From IMG/VR virus record IMGVR_UViG_3300043436_005236, positions 10,188 through 74,187 of that record: a stretch of DNA of 64,000 bases; one strand, given 5' to 3'. The DNA is from a virus. A model generated the notes under the pieces. That model was not told the origin of the DNA, ran no database searches, and saw nothing but the letters and a program-made list of their open reading frames with translations. Below are positions 40,819-50,800 of the stretch, piece after piece. How positions within the stretch are numbered: position 1 is the stretch's first letter; every line of letters begins with the position of its first letter. The position numbers were made by a program, and so were the translations under genes.

Positions 40819-43380
40819 TTAGCCACCGATAAGTTCTTGGAAGTTAGCATCTGTTCTTGTAGCGTAGAAGTTGACTCTTATGAATTCAGCAGTTCTAACT
40901 GGTTTAAGGTAGATATCTACAACCAATTCATTATTATCAATAACTTCCGGTGTATTATTACGCTCATCGCAGACGATAAGATAATCATATAGACCATCCG
41001 CTACTTTTACTCTCTCGAAGAACGGCGCAAGAGTGTTAACAACTTGCGTTCTTGTAAAGAGTGTGTTATTTTCGAAAATAAAGAACTTCATTACTGACTT
41101 AGTTGCTTTTTCAAGATATAAGAAGTTTCTTCTTACATTAATACGATCAAACGCACTTGGCTTCTTAAGCAACGTCTTTTGACCGAAGAAAACAATGCCT
41201 TGATCAGGGAACGTTGTAATAGGGTTTAGGCTAACTGTATAAAGATCATCGCGTTGTCTTTGGTTAGGTACAAGTGCAACATCAAGAGCATTTGTTACAA
41301 TGCCTCTGTTAAATCCTGCTGGCGCGCCCCACGGACCGATATCTGCGTCTGTTGAAACCATCTTCGCTGCAGCAAAGCCAGACGATGGAACATATGCGTA
41401 AATGCCCGCATTATCATCATATACTTTAAAGTAGTTTGCATAAACTGTAGCGTACGATGTATTAGCCATTTCAAATTGGTGTCTCAACGCCCAATAAATA
41501 TCTACTGAGAAGTTCTTACTAGGATTATTAATTACCTTACTGTCTTTACCTGAAACAAGAATCTGTCTGATAGGATCAGCAATATAAAGAATATCACCTC
41601 TACCACCGTCCTTAATAGGACCGGCGAAAGTTGCATATTTACTAAAGATAGCGTTATAAGCATCACGCGCACTTGTATCTACTAACTCATTTGAAGTTCT
41701 AAGAGCTTCAATACCTGGAGTTGTTTTGGTATCGTCGAAGTAAGAGCTCATTGAAGCAGCAGCTGTGTTAGTATAAGTCCAAATCGTACCTAACCCACCT
41801 TCAGCAATAATATCTATATCGAAAATATCGGAGTTTCTAACTCTATCTAAAGCGCGTTGAAGTTTATTAGGGACATTACCGATTGTTTTTGCTGTTACTT
41901 TAGCTGGTCCGTATGCACCAAGCGGGAACAATGAATCGGCATAACCAATTTGATACGCAGCTGCAGAAAGCTGTGTTGTATGAATACCAAAAGAGTTAAA
42001 CGCTGCTGTTTGATTATTCTCAATAGTAACATACGCCGATGAGAGAGTGGACCTTGCTGCTTGATAAGCAGTGTTTCTAACTGCTTCAGCGTCCGCACTC
42101 AGTGCTACAGAGGTTAGTGATAGATTGTAAGTTGCTAAAGCGGCAGCAGACGTAGCTGTTGCTATAGTTGAAGCGGCAGCAGACGCAGCTGTTGCTGTAG
42201 TAGTAACAGCAGAAAGCGCTGTTTCGAGTTGTTTTGAAATAATTCTTACTTTATTCTTTGGTGTGCCATCATCATTTAACAATTCACCGTCAAATTGATT
42301 TGACATATAAGGATTTACCAAAATATCGATATTTCTCGAATTATTTTCAAGATTCTCGAGGAAGAAGTTTATTGCTTCACCACCTCTTTCGTTGCTAATT
42401 TTTCTGTTATAGCCAATAGAGCCGTTAAATCCTTCTTCAAGAATAGCACCAAGAGAACTAGCATCAGTTCCAAATACTGATGATCTAAGCTTAAACAAGC
42501 CGAGATTTAAAGTATCATTGAAAGAATTATTAGCGATATTATAACCTGTTATTTTTTCTTCCATTATTTGCGAGATAGAATCTACAGCAGGGTTATCGCC
42601 AGCGGCTGATGTAGCAGATAAAGCGAAATCAAGGCGTGATTTCGGTATTGTTACGAAAGATGATAACGGTGTTGTTGAATTTGCAGATTGTGCAACAGTT
42701 ACAACACTTCTAACTGCATCAAAGTTTGTAGCAGGGTTAATATTTGTATTGTCTGCTAGGCCAAGATAATACCCGCCAAAGCGATCATCAATTGTTGTTT
42801 GGCCTTTATTTACAACAATAATACCTGCACTACCAAGGCTAGAAATAGCTGTAAATGCTGTAGCAGGTGTGTTAGACCAGTCAAATGCTTGACCGTTCAT
42901 TATCTTTAAATACTCATCAGGCGTTACACTAAATTGGGTTGGTTTACCGATGAGATAAGTAGCACCAGATGTACCATTTGTAAACGTTGAGCTACTTCCT
43001 GAACCAGTTAACACCTCAGACAATGTATTATTTGCTGAAGCGCTTTTAAAAACATTAACAGGGTAAGCAAGAAGACCTACAGATGAACCAAAGCCTTCGC
43101 CGCAATCACAACCATATGGCAATCTGTTAACTAAGAGTTTCGATTGCGAATCAAGAATTGCTTTTACAGTGTGGAAAAAGTATCTTTCAGCTGCTGATTT
43201 CGGCGTACCGTAGATACGTTCGAATTCTGTTAAACTTGAAATTCCAAGCACTTCATCAGTAGGTCCTTGATCAGAAAACCCTGTTGTGTAAACTGTTGTG
43301 CCTGCTGGTGTAGGAACTCTCAAAGAGAGATCTCTTTCTTGGATTTCAACCCCCGGTGATTGTATAATGCGTTTAGCCAT
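40819..43380 (-). CDS. Tail sheath protein (T4 gp18-like)
   Basis: SPGVEIQERDLS, PWGAPAGFNRG, FGQKTL, SAFDRINVRR, FENN, VCDERNNT, DIYLKPVRTAEFI. Confidence 0.96.
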   Translation of the reverse strand: MAKRIIQSPGVEIQERDLSLRVPTPAGTTVYTTGFSDQGPTDEVLGISSLTEFERIYGTPKSAAERYFFHTVKAILDSQSKLLVNRLPYGCDCGEGFGSSVGLLAYPVNVFKSASANNTLSEVLTGSGSSSTFTNGTSGATYLIGKPTQFSVTPDEYLKIMNGQAFDWSNTPATAFTAISSLGSAGIIVVNKGQTTIDDRFGGYYLGLADNTNINPATNFDAVRSVVTVAQSANSTTPLSSFVTIPKSRLDFALSATSAAGDNPAVDSISQIMEEKITGYNIANNSFNDTLNLGLFKLRSSVFGTDASSLGAILEEGFNGSIGYNRKISNERGGEAINFFLENLENNSRNIDILVNPYMSNQFDGELLNDDGTPKNKVRIISKQLETALSAVTTTATAASAAASTIATATSAAALATYNLSLTSVALSADAEAVRNTAYQAARSTLSSAYVTIENNQTAAFNSFGIHTTQLSAAAYQIGYADSLFPLGAYGPAKVTAKTIGNVPNKLQRALDRVRNSDIFDIDIIAEGGLGTIWTYTNTAAASMSSYFDDTKTTPGIEALRTSNELVDTSARDAYNAIFSKYATFAGPIKDGGRGDILYIADPIRQILVSGKDSKVINNPSKNFSVDIYWALRHQFEMANTSYATVYANYFKVYDDNAGIYAYVPSSGFAAAKMVSTDADIGPWGAPAGFNRGIVTNALDVALVPNQRQRDDLYTVSLNPITTFPDQGIVFFGQKTLLKKPSAFDRINVRRNFLYLEKATKSVMKFFIFENNTLFTRTQVVNTLAPFFERVKVADGLYDYLIVCDERNNTPEVIDNNELVVDIYLKPVRTAEFIRVNFYATRTDANFQELIGG

Positions 43381-43385
43381 AAAAT

Positions 43386-43393
43386 TATTTATA
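43386..43393 (-). promoter_or_regulatory. T4-type late promoter TATAAATA (sheath)
   Basis: Exact consensus, 5 nt before ATG 43380. Confidence 0.8.
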
Positions 43394-43411
43394 GCTAGCT
43401 TAATTATTTTT

Positions 43412-43990
43412 TTAGTAATTTATAAGTTTAGTGTGAAGCTGCGAATAAACAAACGTAAACGATGATTGTATCTCTTCTGCTTCTCTGTAATTATAATTTA
43501 TACCGCCTAAGATAGTGGGAAAAGCACGCTTATATGTAAATTGCACACGCTTGTTATCATATTCATCGAGACCAAAGACTGTTAGATCAGCTTGATAATC
43601 TTTAAATCTATCATCTGTTATTAAATTGCGCTTATCAAAAGTACCTGTTTTTTCATCGTGAAGTAAATTTAACCAGCTGTATATTACCCAGTAATTATTA
43701 TAAGAGTTATCTACAGTAAAATTTACAGTTACAGGTGGGAAGGGGCTTCTCGAATGAGTAGAATTATATAAAGTACTACCACCGTAGCGTATCTCAAGAG
43801 CTGGCACTGTTAGCTCTGGAACCACGGTACCGTAAATAGAAAATTGAATAGCATCTTGTATTACTGTGCTACTTTTCCTATCTGTATGTGTATTAATTTT
43901 TTGTAAAGCAGGTGGTAGAGTAAAAACCATCTTAAACTTATCTACACGTGATTTATTAAGTGTAGATTGTTGTAACGCATTAGTAGCCAT
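43412..43990 (-). CDS. Tail tube terminator/completion protein (T4 gp3-like)
   Basis: VTVNFTVDNSYNNYWVIYSWL, QFTYKRAFPT, FTFVYSQ. Start MATNALQQ at 43990, 5 nt after TAAATA. Confidence 0.7.
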   Translation of the reverse strand: MATNALQQSTLNKSRVDKFKMVFTLPPALQKINTHTDRKSSTVIQDAIQFSIYGTVVPELTVPALEIRYGGSTLYNSTHSRSPFPPVTVNFTVDNSYNNYWVIYSWLNLLHDEKTGTFDKRNLITDDRFKDYQADLTVFGLDEYDNKRVQFTYKRAFPTILGGINYNYREAEEIQSSFTFVYSQLHTKLINY

Positions 43991-43998
43991 AAGTATAT

Positions 43999-45705
43999 TT
44001 ATTGTAGTCGCATCCAACCTTCAGCCTGTAGATCGGCTATATCGTCTATCGCGCTTTCCTCACCCATACCAAAAACAATAGCTGGTACGTAGTTTGAACC
44101 TATCCCCATAATTTCATTATCAAGATATATAGACGTTGACTGCTCGAACATTGCGACTCCGAAATCCATCGGCTCGATTAATATCGGCTTGCCCTGCTCA
44201 TCTAATTCTACAACATCAAAATACCGCTCTGTCAATTCTTTTTCAAGAATATAGAGAGCATATATTAAAGACATAACTCTATCATCATGCGTGGTACCCT
44301 TAGCTCTCCACACTCCGTTTGGATACCGTACAAAATCTTTAAGCTCTTTTAATGTTTCTATATCTCGAAATTGTACCGCCTTAACCTCATTTACAAAATA
44401 ACGCATATTTAATACGCCCTTATACTTAGTGTTTGTATGTGCGATCATGCCCATCTGAGGCCTCTGCCTATTAGCGACTTTAGCACCGTACGATACTACC
44501 TTCTCATACCCCATATCAAAAGCTAGTCTATCTACTACCTGAGCGCCGCAATTATTACGTTCGATAAGAGCAAGGGGAGATCCCCAATTTCTTAAAACAC
44601 TGTATACCTTATTTGCAAACTCTAGCGGTGGCATTACTCTAGTGTGGTAAACAGCTACCTGTTTAATAGCTCTAATATCAGTTATATCTAGAATCTGTAT
44701 AACAGAAGCATCAATCCCTACTCCTTCAGATATATCCACCCCGGCTACATAAATTCTAGACGGATCTGGCTCTTCCCATATTTTATAATGCCCGTCATCT
44801 AAAATAATTTTCGCTGGAGTACACTGCTGCGATAAATTATAAAATAACTCTTCATCGATAGATGAATCTCCAAGCGAGAGAAATTGACATTCATACTCTT
44901 GCAAGAAAGACTCCATACTGCCTAAAGCTTTAAGCTGTTCTTGCTTCCATCGCTCATCTCTACCTGGCACCTCTGACCAGATGACCTTTTCACAAACAAA
45001 TCCATTCTCATTCCTATCAGCACCATCTACCAACTTGTAAAAGAGATTACCCGTACCGTTCGGTGTAGATGCTATTAATACTTTTGATTTTTTAGATCGT
45101 GAGATAGTAGGGAATACCGATCTCCAGAAATCCTCGAGTATGGATTCTGGTTCGATGAAAGCCATCTCATCAATAATAATACAATTGATAGAGGCACCAC
45201 GAGCTGCAGATCCGGTAGTGGTGCTGATGCTTATACGTGATCCATTTTCAAATTCGCATGAAGTCTTGCCATACTCTTTAACGCCTGGTTTCAGCCAGTT
45301 AGGTAATTCTTCATATGCTAGTCTTATTCTCCTAAAAATTTCTATAGCTGTTGCTTCTTTATTAGCTACAATAACTATATTTTGATAATCATTAAAGCAT
45401 GCAATCCAAAGCGCGTATATAGTAAGTACAGTAGTCTTACCTACCTGTCTACTTGCAAGTAATATAGCTTTTCTGTTATCTCTTATAGTTCTTAAGCATC
45501 TTTTTTGATAAGGGAACAACTCAATACATACTTTACCAGCATCTGGATCAATAATATAGAAAAAATTCTCAGCAAAATGTAAAAGGTTTTGTTTACTCTT
45601 TTTAAGATGATTAATCATCTCTTTCGTATACTCATCCTTCCAGTGCTTATTTGGAAGATTAGGATTACCTAAATAAAATTCGTTTTTTGTAGATTTAGCA
45701 GGCAT
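43999..45705 (-). CDS. terL: Terminase large subunit (T4 gp17-like)
   Basis: YLGNPNL, LFPYQ, SRQVGKTT, IIIDEMAF, STPNG, GVDISEG, HDDRVMS. Confidence 0.96.
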   Translation of the reverse strand: MPAKSTKNEFYLGNPNLPNKHWKDEYTKEMINHLKKSKQNLLHFAENFFYIIDPDAGKVCIELFPYQKRCLRTIRDNRKAILLASRQVGKTTVLTIYALWIACFNDYQNIVIVANKEATAIEIFRRIRLAYEELPNWLKPGVKEYGKTSCEFENGSRISISTTTGSAARGASINCIIIDEMAFIEPESILEDFWRSVFPTISRSKKSKVLIASTPNGTGNLFYKLVDGADRNENGFVCEKVIWSEVPGRDERWKQEQLKALGSMESFLQEYECQFLSLGDSSIDEELFYNLSQQCTPAKIILDDGHYKIWEEPDPSRIYVAGVDISEGVGIDASVIQILDITDIRAIKQVAVYHTRVMPPLEFANKVYSVLRNWGSPLALIERNNCGAQVVDRLAFDMGYEKVVSYGAKVANRQRPQMGMIAHTNTKYKGVLNMRYFVNEVKAVQFRDIETLKELKDFVRYPNGVWRAKGTTHDDRVMSLIYALYILEKELTERYFDVVELDEQGKPILIEPMDFGVAMFEQSTSIYLDNEIMGIGSNYVPAIVFGMGEESAIDDIADLQAEGWMRLQ

Positions 45706-45708
45706 TTA

Positions 45709-45716
45709 TATAAATA
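45709..45716 (+). promoter_or_regulatory. T4-type late promoter TATAAATA
   Basis: Exact consensus, 5 nt before ATG 45722. Confidence 0.8.
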
Positions 45717-45721
45717 ATTAT

Positions 45722-46681
45722 ATGTCAAGTATGAAAAAGAAAGACATAAATAGTCTAGGTGCTATTTATGGCGATATCCTCAATAACATTAAAAAGAACC
45801 TAGTAAAAGAATCTAAAGTAAAAGAAGAGATAGGTGAAGCTCCTCTACAAAAAGGAGGTCCGCAAGAAACAGCAGGTTATAAGCCTACTAAAGTAGACAG
45901 ACGTAAAATGTCTAAAAAGGAGCTCGAAGATAATCTCTATAATATTAAAGATCTCTCTGAAGAAGATGAAGAAACAGCGAAGAAAGCTAAAAAATCTAAA
46001 AAAGATTACGATAAAGATGGTGTTGTAGAAACCCCTGAAGAAGAATATAAAGGCTCAAAAGATAAAGCTATAAAAACAACTTTACAAAAAGAAAGTAATA
46101 AAGAAAGTAGAAAAATTGCACGGAGAAGCCTAAATAATTTTATGAGAAAAAAATCTATTTTTGACAAACTTTATGAAAATGTAATGTTTGACGGTCCGCA
46201 GCAAACTAGCGGTGAAGATGATCTTAATGCACTTGGCATTGATGATGCTACTCCTGACGATGAGCTAGGCAGCGAAGGTGAAGACGAAGTAACGATCACA
46301 CTTGATCGCGACACAGCAATGAAACTTTATGAAGTTCTCGGAGCATGCTGCGGTGAGACCAGCGAAGGTGAAGACGAAATGGGTGGTGAAGACGAAATGG
46401 GCGGTGAAGGTGAAAGCGAATTCGGTGGTTATGGTGATAACGAAGAAGACGAAGAAAACCTCGGCAATGCTTCTACCTTCTCAAAAACTATTGATTATGG
46501 TAAGAGCAACAAAGTAGGTAACCTAAGACCATCAGGCGGCACTGCATCATCAGCTGTAACTGATAAAGTAGGCAACGACGGCGAACACGGCCATGCTCTC
46601 GTTAATGGCAAAAAGCCTGACATGGGTAAAGCTAACAAAGTCGGAAACCTCAAAACAGGTCAAGTAGCTTTTCAACGCTAA
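45722..46681 (+). CDS. Acidic, largely disordered late protein (prohead core / internal protein candidate)
   Basis: 319 aa, D/E/G-rich; late promoter upstream; second in-frame start at 46142. Confidence 0.65.
   Translation: MSSMKKKDINSLGAIYGDILNNIKKNLVKESKVKEEIGEAPLQKGGPQETAGYKPTKVDRRKMSKKELEDNLYNIKDLSEEDEETAKKAKKSKKDYDKDGVVETPEEEYKGSKDKAIKTTLQKESNKESRKIARRSLNNFMRKKSIFDKLYENVMFDGPQQTSGEDDLNALGIDDATPDDELGSEGEDEVTITLDRDTAMKLYEVLGACCGETSEGEDEMGGEDEMGGEGESEFGGYGDNEEDEENLGNASTFSKTIDYGKSNKVGNLRPSGGTASSAVTDKVGNDGEHGHALVNGKKPDMGKANKVGNLKTGQVAFQR
46131..46136 (+). promoter_or_regulatory. Internal late promoter core TAAATA
   Basis: 5 nt before in-frame ATG 46142. Confidence 0.6.
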
Positions 46682-46700
46682 TACAACTTAAATAAAAGTA

Positions 46701-46734
46701 AAAAAAGCCCAGTAGCTAGCTACTGGGCTTTTTT
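46701..46734. terminator. Bidirectional-type Rho-independent terminator (perfect 34-bp palindrome)
   Basis: aaaaaagcccagtagctagctactgggctttttt. Confidence 0.9.
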
Positions 46735-46735
46735 G

Positions 46736-46743
46736 TATAAATA
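46736..46743 (+). promoter_or_regulatory. T4-type late promoter TATAAATA
   Basis: Immediately after the terminator, 5 nt before ATG 46749. Confidence 0.8.
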
Positions 46744-46748
46744 ATAAT

Positions 46749-47120
46749 ATGATTAGCTTTAAAGAGTATCTATTAGAATACGCGACAAAGCAGAATAGCC
46801 GGTTTTTTGGTATATCTAAACTTAGAGCAGGTAACAATGGTAAATTGTTAGATGATCCTCATGATAGGAAAATAAAAACTTCTTTCCCTCAAGTTTACAA
46901 CCACAAGCACCCTATAATTAATAATATATGCCAAGGTAAAGCAAATAATGTACAAATGTCAGGTGCGCCTTTACTATCTATCTTAAATCTATATAACACA
47001 CAGTTTAAACCAGGTGTCAAAACGTTAGGAAACTCAGATGTTGAAATAGAAATGTATGAAGATGAGGAAGGTCAGCAAAGAGGAATTCTAAGGAATAGAA
47101 AGAATAAAAATGGCTTGTAA
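46749..47120 (+). CDS. Hypothetical protein, candidate internal head protein
   Basis: N-terminus MISFKEYLLE resembles the T4 capsid-targeting sequence; late promoter upstream. Confidence 0.65.
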   Translation: MISFKEYLLEYATKQNSRFFGISKLRAGNNGKLLDDPHDRKIKTSFPQVYNHKHPIINNICQGKANNVQMSGAPLLSILNLYNTQFKPGVKTLGNSDVEIEMYEDEEGQQRGILRNRKNKNGL

Positions 47121-47883
47121 TACTTATAGGAACTGTTCTCCAGAAAACGTTTTCGCGGGTGTATCTAAACCAGAATGTGCACAATTTTTTAACCCCGGTA
47201 ACTTCCAAGCTGAACAATTAATATACGATTCTGCTTATAGTGATTTAATTAATAGTTATGGTATACCTATTAACTATTACGTCAATACCTTTAATTTACT
47301 CTCAGCTGATCTGTTCTATGGAGAAGAACCAACAAAAACATTCAAGGGTCCATATGAATTGCAAATGTATATCGAACTTACAGAAAATGCAATTAATTTA
47401 TCAAAATTCGGTTTTGCGTCAGATGATGAACTGACTGGTTATCTACATATTCATACATTTACAACAACAATGAGCAGCTTGGTTAATTACGCTGCTTTTA
47501 ATCAAGTTATAGAGCCAAAATCAGGTGATATTATAGAGCTCTCCATTTTGGGATGTGATAGACCAAATGGCCGCGGTCCAAAGTGGTTTGAAATCACAGA
47601 GCGCGTTGAGCAAGATGTAGCACAATTAAATCCGCTTCTCGGTCACTATGTTTACCGTGTAAAGGCTAAGAGATACGAGCATTCGTTCGAACCTGGATTA
47701 TCAGGCGAAAAACAAAATCAACAAGTATACGAGAATTCATTCTCTGGTGTTATTTCGTCAAATATACCCGGAGTTAGCGCGTCAGAAGCTAAATCGTATA
47801 ATTTTGATATCGATAACGAGTCAAAGAATAAGGTATTGGATATGTCTGTAAATAATACCGATATATACGGCAGTTATTATTAA
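47110..47883 (+). CDS. Neck/head-closure protein (T4 gp14-like)
   Basis: YGIPINYY, FYGEEP, LSKFG..SDDELT, EPKSGDII, FEIT. Confidence 0.8.
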   Translation: MACNTYRNCSPENVFAGVSKPECAQFFNPGNFQAEQLIYDSAYSDLINSYGIPINYYVNTFNLLSADLFYGEEPTKTFKGPYELQMYIELTENAINLSKFGFASDDELTGYLHIHTFTTTMSSLVNYAAFNQVIEPKSGDIIELSILGCDRPNGRGPKWFEITERVEQDVAQLNPLLGHYVYRVKAKRYEHSFEPGLSGEKQNQQVYENSFSGVISSNIPGVSASEAKSYNFDIDNESKNKVLDMSVNNTDIYGSYY

Positions 47884-50800
47884 GTATTAGTTACTGGGTA
47901 TTTAGTATAGCTCGTTCTCTTATACACCCGACCCTCAAAATTGATAGTTTCAGAATCATCATCTGCAATAATATATTTTTTAGGGTAGGGCTGCAAAAGT
48001 AAGTTAGGTGAGTTATAGATATTATGGCCATTAATAAATATATTTTTATTATACTTTACATGCTCTGCAGTTATATTAGAATCACCATCTTCAAAGTCTG
48101 TAGAGTTAATTCTAAAAGTTACAAATCTTGCTGTTTTTGGCGATGTATATATACTTTGATAATCAGTTGGTAAGCTCTCATTAGCATATAAAATAGAGAA
48201 TGTTGTGCTATCATGAAAACAACATCTCACAGGGGACGAGCCGTAGAAATTATTAAAGTTACCATCACCCACGCCATTTAAATACGACGCAGTTATAACC
48301 GGCCATCTTGAGCACATGAACGGATATTGATTAGTAAATCCATGTAAAATTGTAAATGTCTTATAACCTGTCTCGCTCGTGTTATCAGGTACAGAAAAAT
48401 ATACCAGCCCGGTGCTTTCTTCTACCTCCAGTATATTCCCCGACTCATTATGTTTAGCAATATACGTTATTGATCTACGATCAAACCATTGTTTATCGTT
48501 ATATGCAATCCTGATATTCCAATTTTCATGATTAATCATACCTGTATATAAATTTACCACCGGTATTGTATGAGTACGAGGAGTTTTTATTGTCGTTGTG
48601 CCGATACCTCCGCTAGCGTGTAGGTTGATCGTATAGCCATATCCATTAAGATCTTTATATGTTGGAGCTACCCACCACACACCGACCGGGCTTAAAGAGT
48701 AGTACTCTGTAGATGCTACTACGTGATCTGTTTGACCGCCCCCAGCAAATGTGTAATTATAATTACGCATAGTTCCATTATCTAAAGAAAAGATATTGTT
48801 ATTATTTTCGTAATAATTAAAAAAATGATTTGTAAATCTTCTCTGTTGCTTAAAATTTGATGCATATAATTCATATCCAGGTAGCCCTCCCCAGTCAGCC
48901 CAGTACTGTGAAAATCCTGAACCGCAAAAATAGGATGTATTTGTTATAGCGCTAGTACCAATTACAAATGAGGTATCAGCTTTGTAAGAGGTAGGACCAG
49001 AAACTATATTATTATCTAACTCGTAAATTTCAAAATGACCGCCACTATTACCCCAAAATGGCCAAACCTGCTCTACATTGCCTCTACTTCCTGAAATTGT
49101 TTGAGTTTCTATAACACCCATTGCATAATAACTGAGGTATAATGCACTATTACCACTAAAAATACAATGTGTATTTCTCGAATTATTATTGTAGCCGATA
49201 AATGACGAGAGGGAGTTTTTCGCGTTTCCTATCGTGTCTGCTGCGCTTAAAGCATAACTGGTTTGTAGAGTAGATAATAATTTATACGTAGTATTATCAC
49301 GTCTATAAAGCGCGGTAACGCTACCGGTTCCATAATGCACATCAAATATAAACGAATAACCGTCATAATTATTGACATCCAATAAAGCAGATAAAGGCAC
49401 AGTTACGCCTCTATTACGAGCAAACCCCGAGAGAGTAGCGTTGCGTGATAGATATGATCTTTTTGTATAGCCATGCATAGGTATAGCGAGATATTCGCCA
49501 TTTTCCGATAGTGCTATCTTACCTGCTCTCCTTCTTCCAAATCCGCGAAATATATCTGAATATTTTAGAATGTTAGGGTACTGTCGTTCATTCTCTGTAT
49601 AATAATCTACAATATCATCTTGTATTTCTAATGATGAGATTACCTGTGTAAGTGTAAACTTATCGTTTTGATCTTTATTATAAATATACCAACAATCAGT
49701 ACCAGCATCACCAACAACAAGAGTATTGTTTTTAAACGTAATATGACAAAAGTTTACAAGATTTTGTGTATTAAGAGTCTCTTCCTCATTTAATATTTCT
49801 GTGTAGCGTTGTTGACCTAGGCCACCTACTAGCGGCATAGCTACCTTTCTTGCTGATGGTGCTGTAATTGGACTATAACGATAAGTCTTAGGTACTAACA
49901 CATCGCTATTAATAATATTTCCTGGATGTGGTATAGAGGTTAAATACACCAGAGCTGTACTGTGTTTTTTAAACACGCGTATTTCGTTACCTATGTAATT
50001 TGGATTTTGTAAGTAATAAGAATCTACTATAGGTAGAGGCAATACACTGTTTGAAAGTTTCCACCAATATTCAAAGACAAATGAACTTAGTTCGTAATAT
50101 GGTGTATTATAATTATTCCAATTATACCCCACAGTATCTGGATTTGCGAAAGAAGATATATGAAATACAGCGCTTACTTCTTTATTAAAAACAGGCATAC
50201 TGAACGAATAAATATGCAAAGCTGGCAAGAAAACATACCCATCTGATTCATGCCAGGCAGAGTTTAACTTCCAATCATAAATCCAAGGTAACTGAACAGC
50301 TGTTGTTGTGTTGAGTATAGTAACATTATTATATCCGATATCGTTATATACCTCTTCAAAGTAATTATTGTAATTTTTTATTAATGGTAGTTTGAAAGAT
50401 GTTAAATTAGCTGTATTAGAGCCGCTAAAAAGCGCAGTAGTTGATCTAACGGTCTTTGTGTTATCAAATTCTGCAATTCTACCTGAAAGAGCATTAGCAT
50501 AAAGCCAATCTTTACAATCTGTATATGTAGCGTTTAAATTATCATTTAAGTACTGTACTAAACACCCAACAACTTGAGGACATGCAAAAGAAGTACCAGA
50601 CGCAACACCATATTTATCATTAAGAGCATTATACCAGGTCATACTACTGCCAGTAGCTGTCGCACCAATTACATTATAACCACATGCATACAAATCAATT
50701 GTTTCACCAAAGTTACTGTATTCTGACTTAATAAACAATGAACCACGCTCACCGCGGTTAAGGCATCCGCTTTTTTCATTTATAATTTTATTTTCATGAT

